Assembly (NCBI GenBank): GCA_040903985.1
Contig: JBBDUI010000002.1
Span: forward strand, 104,204-168,203
Direction of reading: 5' to 3'
Source of the DNA: Candidatus Saccharimonadales bacterium
Lineage (GTDB): Bacteria; Patescibacteriota; Saccharimonadia; QS-5-54-17
DNA: 64,000 nt
Shown: positions 56,729 through 64,000 of the stretch, in pieces
How positions within the stretch are numbered: the first letter of the stretch is position 1
How the letters are laid out: every line of letters begins with the position of its first letter
Made by a program: the position numbers and the translations under genes
The notes under the pieces: model-generated
Database searches by the model: none
The model's input: only the letters and a program-made list of their open reading frames with translations
Told to the model about the DNA's origin: nothing

Positions 56729-57402
56729 ACGTCGTAACTCCCTTGCTCTTCGTCCTTGATCACTCGACCGTTACGCAGAGTCACTACCCGACGCTGCAGA
56801 GCATTAACGATGTCACGGTTGTGAGTGGTCAAGATTACCGTTGTCCCGTAGCGATTAATCTTCAGTAGTAGCTCGATAATATCCCAGGAGTGTTTGGGGT
56901 CCAAATTACCGGTCGGCTCGTCAGCGATTAGAATCTTCGGCTGTCGCACTACGGCCCGAGCGATGGCTACGCGTTGACGTTCACCGCCAGATAGTTCAGA
57001 GGGGAAGCTACGCTCCTTCCCTTCCAAACCGACCAACTGCAGCACTTTAGGTACGGTGTGCTGGATGACGCTTGTCCGTGTACCGGTAATCTCTAGGGCA
57101 AAAGCGACGTTCTCATAAATGTTGCGGTTCGGCAGCAGCTTAAAGTCCTGAAAAACCACGCCGATCTTGCGACGAAGCTGCGGTACGTCTTTCTTCGTCA
57201 AGTTGTCATAGTCGATACCGCCGATGATGATCTTACCGGAGGTCGGAATCTCTTCCCGGATCATCAACTTAATCAAGGTAGATTTACCGGCCCCGCTCTG
57301 CCCCACCACGGTCACAAACTCTTTAGGGTGGATATGCAAATTGACTCGGGCTAGGGCGGTATTACCGCCATAGGATTTGGAAAGTCTGTCTAATAGAATC
57401 AC
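56725..57402 (-). CDS. ftsE: Cell division ATP-binding protein FtsE
   Basis: Walker A GQSGAGKSTL. ABC signature LSGGERQRVAIARA. Walker B ILIADEP. Confidence 0.9.
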   Translation of the reverse strand: MILLDRLSKSYGGNTALARVNLHIHPKEFVTVVGQSGAGKSTLIKLMIREEIPTSGKIIIGGIDYDNLTKKDVPQLRRKIGVVFQDFKLLPNRNIYENVAFALEITGTRTSVIQHTVPKVLQLVGLEGKERSFPSELSGGERQRVAIARAVVRQPKILIADEPTGNLDPKHSWDIIELLLKINRYGTTVILTTHNRDIVNALQRRVVTLRNGRVIKDEEQGSYDV

Positions 57403-57444
57403 GTAGCTATTTTAGCATAAGGCCAGTATAGATGAACGTCGTCG

Positions 57445-58536
57445 TTAACTCTTAGCGCCGATAGAATAGATCAGATAAGCGTCGATAAAGTCGTCTAAAT
57501 CGCCATCTAGCACTCGGTTCACCTCGGTCGTTTCAGCCCCCGTCCGGGTATCCTTCACTAAGGTATAGGGATGTAACACATAGTTACGGATCTGCTGTCC
57601 CCATTGTTCAGTATGAACCGGACCCTTCAGCTTCTTCAGATCATCGGCATGTTGTTCCTGCTGCAGGTGCGCCAGCCGCGAGCGTAAAATCTTCAGCGCC
57701 GTCTCCTTATTCTGCAACTGCGAGCGTTCGTTCTGGATCGCTACCACCACCCCAGTGGGAATGTGAGTGATACGCACGGCCGAGTCGGTAGTATTAACCG
57801 ACTGACCGCCCTTGCCTCCTGAACGATAGAGATCGATACGCAGATCACTCTCTTCAATCACGATGTCTTTCGGCTCGTCAATCTCGGGCGTCACCTCAAC
57901 TAGAGCAAAGCTAGTCTGGCGCAGATTATCGGAGTTGAACGGACTCAGGCGCACCAGACGATGCACACCGTGCTCGCTCTTCAGCCGGCCGTAAGCATAC
58001 GGGCCGGCCAGTTTAATAATCACATTCTTAATCCCGGCCTCTTCCCCGGCCGTCTCGCTCACCACTTCAGCCGTTAGATCGCTGCGCTCGCCGTAGCGCA
58101 AATACATTCGCTCCAACATCTGTGCCCAGTCCTGGGCATCGGTACCACCAGTACCGGCGTGAATATGCAAAATAGCGTCATTAGTATCGTATACACCGGA
58201 TAGTTTTACTTGAAACTCTTGCTTCTCAAACTGGTGTTTCAGCTCGGCAAACTTTTGCTCTAGATCCGTTAATAGGCTGTGATCTTCTAGCTGCGCCAGC
58301 TCCAAAGTAGCCCTAGTCTCCCCTAAGAGTTCCTGCCAGGCATCTACCTGCTTCTGTAGCTGAGATTGACGCTTAGCGATTACGGCAGCCTCGCCTGGAT
58401 CATCCCAGAAATCAGACGTTGCCATCGCCTGGGCTAGCTCATCTGCCTGCTGGGCTTTACTAGCGATCTCAAGCTGCCTCATAGCAGTCTCGATCCGCTC
58501 AATTAGTTCTTCGATAGCTTTAATTAACTCGTGCAT
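57445..58536 (-). CDS. prfB: Peptide chain release factor 2 (single uninterrupted ORF)
   Basis: GGQ motif YRSGGKGGQSVNTTDSAVRITHIPTG. SPF-region DAWQELLGE. Confidence 0.9.
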   Translation of the reverse strand: MHELIKAIEELIERIETAMRQLEIASKAQQADELAQAMATSDFWDDPGEAAVIAKRQSQLQKQVDAWQELLGETRATLELAQLEDHSLLTDLEQKFAELKHQFEKQEFQVKLSGVYDTNDAILHIHAGTGGTDAQDWAQMLERMYLRYGERSDLTAEVVSETAGEEAGIKNVIIKLAGPYAYGRLKSEHGVHRLVRLSPFNSDNLRQTSFALVEVTPEIDEPKDIVIEESDLRIDLYRSGGKGGQSVNTTDSAVRITHIPTGVVVAIQNERSQLQNKETALKILRSRLAHLQQEQHADDLKKLKGPVHTEQWGQQIRNYVLHPYTLVKDTRTGAETTEVNRVLDGDLDDFIDAYLIYSIGAKS

Positions 58537-58647
58537 ACTACTAAGGATACAGGCTAGCTAAGATTCGGCATAGGTACCACCCATTTCCACAACGCAAAAC
58601 AGGCACCCCAATGGGGTGCCTGTAAGCTAGAGCTAACTTAAGAGAGA

Positions 58648-59910
58648 TTAGTTCTCTAGTAGGCTAGCTAGCAGCTTGCGCCGTGAGCCGAACCAGTTAC
58701 GGATACCGACACCGAGAGCGCCACTACCGAAGATTCCTCCGAGTAGTCCACCGATACCGGTTTGCGGCAGTTGGGCTGGTAGCTCTTCGTCACCCTTCTC
58801 ACAGTCGATTTTGACATCGGTGTGAGCTGTGTTGTAGAACTCGTTCATGCCTTCGGGTCGTACGACACCAACATTCTTCAGAGTGTAAGTGCCACACTTC
58901 TCAAATACGTTAACCGGGTCCACTTTAACGCGGAAGGTCACGTACCCAGCTGCACCGGGAGCATAATCGCCCACCATGATGCCGCCTTGCCAGACATTGT
59001 TACTGCCGGCTGCCACACCATCCGGGTAGTTACCATTCATGATGGTTGTACTTCCCGGGATGTAGGACAGGTAGTCGGGTAGGTTATCTCCCACCGTAAC
59101 GTCTTCTAGGGTTACGTTACCCTTGTTCTCGAACCGTATCCGATACTCAAGGATGTCTTCCGGACGAGCCTGATTCTTCAACTTCCAGCTAGTCTCGCCT
59201 CGGGTTACGTTACGCACATACTTGTTTACCTTGATAGCTTCCGCTTTTACGCGGGCTAAGATAGTAACGGTCGACTGGTAAGCGAAACATGGACGATACT
59301 CATCCTCGATCACTATCCCACCGTTAACGATCGCGTCTCCGGCTGCACCTAAGTTCTCACTCACGTAGCAGCTATTAGGAGCCTCTTCGTCTTCAGTCTG
59401 ACAGCTAGTATTACCATCAGCTGCGCCCTTGTTGTGGCGCCACTGTACACCACCATCAGTGCTACTCGAGCCTTCGCCGTAGGCAATGTACTCTAAGTAG
59501 GCGTTATCTAAACTGAGGTTTACACCTGCAGTAGTTGTGACGGTATCGGCATTATCAGCACCAACCGTAGCGGTTATAGTCTGATTTTTGCCCCGTGTGC
59601 TAGGCACGTCAATTGCAACTTTGAGATTCTCCGCATCTTTGCCAGAATCAAACTCTTCCATATTGTGATACCAGACCTGAATCTGTACCACATCGTCTAC
59701 CATCGCACTTACGTTATCTTGGTAGCCGCTGCTTGTGTTAAGGTTCATGACCTTAACATCGGCTTCTAACCGTACTTCGTTATCCTGTGCCATTACGCCA
59801 CCGTCGCTTACGATCGGGGCTGCCATCGCTGAAAGCGATAGAACAAAGATAGCAGCTACTGCTACCACTTGCTTGGGCACATAGGTTAGGTAATTCAATA
59901 TATTACGCAT
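58648..59910 (-). CDS. LPXTG-anchored cell-surface protein
   Basis: N-terminal signal peptide. C-terminal LPQTG followed by hydrophobic stretch and RNWFGSRRK. Confidence 0.7.
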   Translation of the reverse strand: MRNILNYLTYVPKQVVAVAAIFVLSLSAMAAPIVSDGGVMAQDNEVRLEADVKVMNLNTSSGYQDNVSAMVDDVVQIQVWYHNMEEFDSGKDAENLKVAIDVPSTRGKNQTITATVGADNADTVTTTAGVNLSLDNAYLEYIAYGEGSSSTDGGVQWRHNKGAADGNTSCQTEDEEAPNSCYVSENLGAAGDAIVNGGIVIEDEYRPCFAYQSTVTILARVKAEAIKVNKYVRNVTRGETSWKLKNQARPEDILEYRIRFENKGNVTLEDVTVGDNLPDYLSYIPGSTTIMNGNYPDGVAAGSNNVWQGGIMVGDYAPGAAGYVTFRVKVDPVNVFEKCGTYTLKNVGVVRPEGMNEFYNTAHTDVKIDCEKGDEELPAQLPQTGIGGLLGGIFGSGALGVGIRNWFGSRRKLLASLLEN

Positions 59911-60301
59911 ATGTCTCTCCTCTTCTTATTCCTCATCAATTTATTAAACTATATTTATCAGTAATCGTCAATAGTAATCTAGTTGTAACTGGGTTTTATG
60001 AATGTTAAGGTGCGCTTTATCTTATGACCGCCGACAAACTACATACATATCCACGTTAGGTGTTACAGGTACAGGATTGAGATTCGGATGGAATTCGATC
60101 GACGGGGTTAGCCATCAATCTACTCATCAAACGAAATCTACCAATCCTGGTACCTTAGTGTTCGAACACTACCTCATCGCTTACGCGATAAGGTTCTTAC
60201 AACTATCAACGACTCATCTCGGCCACCCCACCTAGGATACGGGGCCCTCGAGGGAGACGAGCGTCGATAGCTACTGTCTCCCGCCGAAGCGGGACGAAGA
60301 C

Positions 60302-61879
60302 TCAGACGTTGGGATAGTCCGTGTCCTCGTCAGGGTCACCCCGTGGATCACGCCCATTGTTCTGAGCGGGAGTGTCGGAATCCCCGTCACTCGTCCCCTT
60401 GTCGGGATTCGTGGTGTGGGAAGTCCCATCATCTTCCGAGTTGTCGTCCGCCGCATCGCTGGGTTCGTCAGTACCGCCACCAGGGGCTTTACCGCCGTCC
60501 TTCGAATTGGGAACTTCAACGTCGTCCTTGGTCGGATCGAGTTCGTGACATATGCCGGAATCGATGCACTTGCGTGCCTCGTCCTGGTTCTTGTGCGTCT
60601 CCTCGGCGTCGCCACGGTCGTGCCCGAGTGTAGGATCGACCTCGTCGTCGCGTTCATCCTGCTCTTCCGGACCGGAATCTTCCTCAGCACAGAACTCACC
60701 GTCGAAAACCGGCTTGCCCGCCTCATCGAAGCACTTGAGCTCCGGTTGCTCGGGCTGTTGCGGCTTGTCGGGTTGATCCGGCTGGTCCGGCTGCTGCGGC
60801 TTGTCCGGCTGATCCGGCTGCTTAGGCTGCTCCGGCTTGTCCGGTTGCGGGACGATTTTCTCGGCCCGAGCGTTGCCACAGTCGGCCCGAATGTTGCCGG
60901 ACTCGACGACCTCACCTTGGGTGTTGGTGTACACCCAGAGCAGATCGCCAGCCTGAACCTTGCGAGGCGTAGTGATGAACACCGCTGAACCGTCCTTGTA
61001 ACGGTAGTAGGTGTTCGCCTCATACTGCGCCGGCACAGTGACCTGTGTCAGCAGGTAACCTTCGCCGCGCAGTGCCCGCTGGTAGTCCGCCTCCGAGAGT
61101 GAATCCCGGAGTGCGGCCCGAGCGGCACTGGCTTCTGGACTGTCCGAGTTGAGAAACTCGACCAGCTCCGCGTGGGTGCTGATCGGCTTCTCGCTGAACG
61201 AGGTATCTCCTCGCTCAGTCGGATCGTCGATGAAGTCGCCACAGCGGAAGTCCTCGGTGGCGAAGCGCTGCTCCTCGAACCACGTAGCTACAGCAGTCGG
61301 GCACTCGACCGACTCCGAAGAGCCGATGGCACTCGTCTGCGTAGCCGGTGGTGAAGCATCCTGCTCCTCCGCCTGCTCCGCCAGCTGGGCTGCCAGCTCA
61401 TCGTTCTGCTCGCGCAGAGCGGCCAGCTCGGCCTCGCTCTCGGCATTGGCGCTACTCAGCTCGTTGAGCTGAGCGCTCAGTCGATCGATCCGGTCCTGGA
61501 GTTCGTCCGGAACCGAGACCTCGGTCGACTCGACACTGGCCAGGTCTTCCTGATCGACTTCGCCGGCGAGGATGTTCTCCATCTCCTGCTGCAGGTCGCT
61601 GATGTGCACGAACTGAATCGTGTTCATCGCAACCAGACCGAAGATCACCAGACCAGCCACAAGTGGCGGCCAGCTGATCTTTCGGGTCGTAGTGGTCAGC
61701 CGCACGGTGCCGTTCTCCAGCCGCTGCCGGCTAGCAGAACGAACGCGAGTGGCCCGGTCAGCCAGCGAAGCCTTGATCGGCTTGCTCGTCGGCGCTGACA
61801 TCGCGGAGTTCGCCAACCGCCCGTTCTGAACGAGCAGGGCGAAGACTGCGATTATCAACACCACAGTAATGGTGTCCAA
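60302..61879 (-). CDS. Hypothetical membrane-anchored protein with coiled coil and P-Q-D-K-rich tandem repeats, acidic C-terminus
   Basis: TM LVAGLVIFGLVAM. Repeats QPDQPDKPQQPDQPDQPDKPQQPEQPE encoded by tandem 9/18-bp DNA repeats near 60760..60850. ~62% GC. Confidence 0.5.
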   Translation of the reverse strand: MDTITVVLIIAVFALLVQNGRLANSAMSAPTSKPIKASLADRATRVRSASRQRLENGTVRLTTTTRKISWPPLVAGLVIFGLVAMNTIQFVHISDLQQEMENILAGEVDQEDLASVESTEVSVPDELQDRIDRLSAQLNELSSANAESEAELAALREQNDELAAQLAEQAEEQDASPPATQTSAIGSSESVECPTAVATWFEEQRFATEDFRCGDFIDDPTERGDTSFSEKPISTHAELVEFLNSDSPEASAARAALRDSLSEADYQRALRGEGYLLTQVTVPAQYEANTYYRYKDGSAVFITTPRKVQAGDLLWVYTNTQGEVVESGNIRADCGNARAEKIVPQPDKPEQPKQPDQPDKPQQPDQPDQPDKPQQPEQPELKCFDEAGKPVFDGEFCAEEDSGPEEQDERDDEVDPTLGHDRGDAEETHKNQDEARKCIDSGICHELDPTKDDVEVPNSKDGGKAPGGGTDEPSDAADDNSEDDGTSHTTNPDKGTSDGDSDTPAQNNGRDPRGDPDEDTDYPNV

Positions 61880-62068
61880 CGTACCTCACCTCCTTAAAGG
61901 TGATAGGTTGACCGGCACGGTTGTGCCGATGAGTTATCTGCACTCCCCCGTATGTAGGAAGCAGCCTAAGCCGCGAGTACAGCGGCCCACGCCGCTTCCT
62001 ACACAGAAAAAGTACGGATTAAGTTATATAGTCTAAATGTTCAAACACTAACTGCTCTTGCTAGTAGC

Positions 62069-62109
62069 AAAAGCAGGCGCCTAGATATAATATCCAGACG
62101 CCTGCTTTT
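62069..62109. terminator. Bidirectional terminator
   Basis: aaaagcaggcg...cgcctgctttt. Confidence 0.7.
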
Positions 62110-62365
62110 GTGATTCTACCGCATCTTGAGCAGTTCATGTCTATGTATGTAGTTTGTCAAAGCGCTCTAACACCAACATGGGTTCCACCTCACACTGGCT
62201 AGATACTTATAACCTTAACACTTTTACTACTTACTGTCAACTATTTCCCGACTAAATCTACCCCTTGTCAAATAGCTTATGATTAGCACTACTAAGCGCT
62301 TATTCTAAACATAAGCATAATAATCCCGTGAACGAGTCCGCTCCTATGCCCGGTAGGGGCTACAT

Positions 62366-64000
62366 TTACGCTCCGGTAGCGCGCGCTAGCTGCTCATTAG
62401 TCACTACCACCCGTTCGCCCACCTCCAGCCAGCGCTCTCCCAGCTGGTTCTGTAAGGCGTCGACCTCTCCCATAGTGGGGGCTCGGCCCAAATAGTCCTG
62501 CAGTGAGTGCTCGGCCGCCCGCCATAAGCTGTCGGTCTGATCCCCGGGCATAGCGGTAATCTCATAACCATCTGCAGTCTTTGCTATATAGCCTTCTGGC
62601 AGACTCTCACCAAACGAATCATTAACTTCCGACTCCGCCTCAGCTTCCTGTTCTAACTGCTCGGTTAGCTCGGCTTCACGTTCTCGTTCCTGCTGCAATT
62701 CAGCCTCTAACTCCTCGGCTCGCTCGGCCTCTTCGGCGATATCAGACTCTAGCTGGTCAAGCTGCTGTGTGACTTCAGGGTTACCAGATCCGGGAACGGG
62801 CGTAGTCTCTGTCGTGTCCGGATCGTTACCACTGACAAAATCTTTCAGTTCATCGTAGTTCTCTATCGCCCAACCGATACCGAAACCGACGGCCGCACCA
62901 CCTACTGCACCGGCTAAGGCGCGGCGCTTGCGACGAGTTACCTCACTAGCCTGATCCGTGGCAGCCTCGTACTCACTAATAGAGCGGCGCTGCAGATCAA
63001 CACTCTGGGTGCTGGCGACGGTAGTCAGATCCTCATCCTCGATCTTCTGCAATTTTCCTCCGTCACGCTTCTGATACTCCGCCAGGGTCTGGTAGCTACG
63101 CTCATAATCAGTGTGATTGGACTGCAGTAGGGTGGCTAGCTCATAGTGGTCAGCCTGCTTCTGGTACTGTTCATAACTTACCGGCTGCTCGGTCGTCTCG
63201 GAGTAAGCCGTATAGCTAGCTTGGCGGTCTGGACTGGTGCCACCAGTTTGTTCTTGACTTCGACGCTTAGCCTCCCGTGTAAAGTAACCCTTGCCAAGTC
63301 GGCTACCAAATAAGCCACCGGCTGCTGCCAAGCCACCGGCTGCACCCAAGACGGCACTACCGGCCGCAATAGCACCAATACCTAGAACCACCTTAGTGAC
63401 TTTATTCTGTCGCGCGTACCACTCGGTAACTTTCTTACCGGTAGAGTTTTCTTTCGTTAGATAATAGTTAGCTTCCTCGCCCATCAAGGCGCCGCTCTCC
63501 CTCGCCATAAAAATAGCTGCTAAAGCTCGACGCTGCGGCAGACTGGCCTCAGAGTCAGCTAGTACTTCGGCTAAATAGGCCCGCGTTGCAATCTGATAGG
63601 CTTCACGCGCCTCTTCCAGTTGGGCTTCTTCTGAACTGCGGCGAAAGCCCAGCTTACCGCGACGGACACTAACCTGGGCTTCCGCTAGAGAAGCTCGCGC
63701 CGTAATTAAAGCAGCCAGCGACTCGCCAGTCTCTACTTCGACTTCTTTATAACTACCATCGGCCCCATACTCACGACGAGTAGCAAATAGTGACACGTGC
63801 TCATCAAAGTACTTGCGTCCCCACTGTTCGTGCTTGCTCTCCTCGTATTTGGGTGGATCAGGCTGAGTATTATTGCGCCGCGGATCTCCGGCAGCGCGTT
63901 GGCGGTTGTGAGTCTGGCGGCTCTTATCTCCGCGCCGATTATACTTACCTGACTTATCAGCTGGCTCGTCCTCAACTCCTGTGTTATTGGCCCGATCTGC
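62366..64000 (-). CDS. Hypothetical protein with Gly/Ala-rich hydrophobic segments and acidic coiled-coil C-terminus; 5' end outside the window
   Basis: The listed ORF starts at a GTG at 63796. The same frame stays open upstream to the window edge on the minus strand (…PDPPKYEESKHEQWGRKYFDEH-VSLFATRREY). Confidence 0.5.
   Translation of the reverse strand, partial: ADRANNTGVEDEPADKSGKYNRRGDKSRQTHNRQRAAGDPRRNNTQPDPPKYEESKHEQWGRKYFDEHVSLFATRREYGADGSYKEVEVETGESLAALITARASLAEAQVSVRRGKLGFRRSSEEAQLEEAREAYQIATRAYLAEVLADSEASLPQRRALAAIFMARESGALMGEEANYYLTKENSTGKKVTEWYARQNKVTKVVLGIGAIAAGSAVLGAAGGLAAAGGLFGSRLGKGYFTREAKRRSQEQTGGTSPDRQASYTAYSETTEQPVSYEQYQKQADHYELATLLQSNHTDYERSYQTLAEYQKRDGGKLQKIEDEDLTTVASTQSVDLQRRSISEYEAATDQASEVTRRKRRALAGAVGGAAVGFGIGWAIENYDELKDFVSGNDPDTTETTPVPGSGNPEVTQQLDQLESDIAEEAERAEELEAELQQEREREAELTEQLEQEAEAESEVNDSFGESLPEGYIAKTADGYEITAMPGDQTDSLWRAAEHSLQDYLGRAPTMGEVDALQNQLGERWLEVGERVVVTNEQLARATGA

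Noticed and set aside
60271-61023. 250-aa Arg/Ser/Thr-rich ORF on the minus strand
   Set aside because: Alternate frame of the repeat-rich surface protein gene 60302..61879. Low-complexity artefact of the GC-rich tandem repeats.
63733-63975. 80-aa minus-strand ORF at the window edge
   Set aside because: Different frame from the long open frame that continues the 62366..63796 gene to the window edge. The latter is preferred.
1-64000. CRISPR arrays, rRNA genes, transposase/integrase genes
   Set aside because: No regularly spaced direct repeats, no rRNA-like conserved blocks, and no transposase or integrase motifs (DDE, tyrosine recombinase R..HxxR..Y) were seen in any ORF.

Overview
This is a gene-dense bacterial chromosomal window of about 50% GC. 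It reads like a small-genome Gram-positive-type or CPR/Saccharibacteria-like organism. The supporting evidence is a eukaryote-type dimeric GlyRS, an LPXTG protein, and a minimal division/cell-wall (dcw) cluster mraZ-rsmH-ftsL-ftsI-mraY-ftsW-murG-ftsQ that lacks mur ligases and ftsA/ftsZ. The lineage call is low confidence.

Core genes identified:
- Two sensor histidine kinase (HK) plus receiver-only response regulator (RR) pairs, a third HK-RR pair and an orphan RR
- rsuA-like pseudouridine synthase, der, pth, dprA
- PIF1-like helicase with HRDC domain, DoxX, pterin dehydratase, DUF2779 nuclease, topA
- The dcw cluster (minus strand), NYN-domain protein, glyQS, recO, xseAB, rpmA, pyrG, ctpA
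- Two tandem PcsB-like CHAP hydrolases, ftsX-ftsE-prfB
- An LPXTG surface protein and repeat-rich surface proteins

RNA genes:
- tRNA-Glu(CUC), with a 17-bp duplicate of its 3' end 172 bp away
- A second tRNA gene interrupted by a ~68-nt structured insertion in the anticodon loop

Accessory and unusual content:
- A compositionally mosaic island from about 10.5 to 17.2 kb, with GNAT, GC-rich hypotheticals, RadC, Fic and a 31-codon hsdM remnant
- A GC-rich segment of small ORFs at 21.9-23.4 kb
- A translationally coupled pair: a sigma-region-4/HARE-HTH protein and an 886-aa membrane HerA/VirD4-like P-loop ATPase
- A 930-bp ORF-free structured gap where ftsA/ftsZ would normally sit, with a perfect-consensus sigma70 promoter firing antisense into ftsQ
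- An unlisted 51-aa Cys-rich (DnaJ-type CxxCxGxG) small gene

No CRISPR array or rRNA was found.

Some minus-strand coordinates I derived by hand may be off by a base or so. One base-count discrepancy against the ORF track is noted in the xseA entry.
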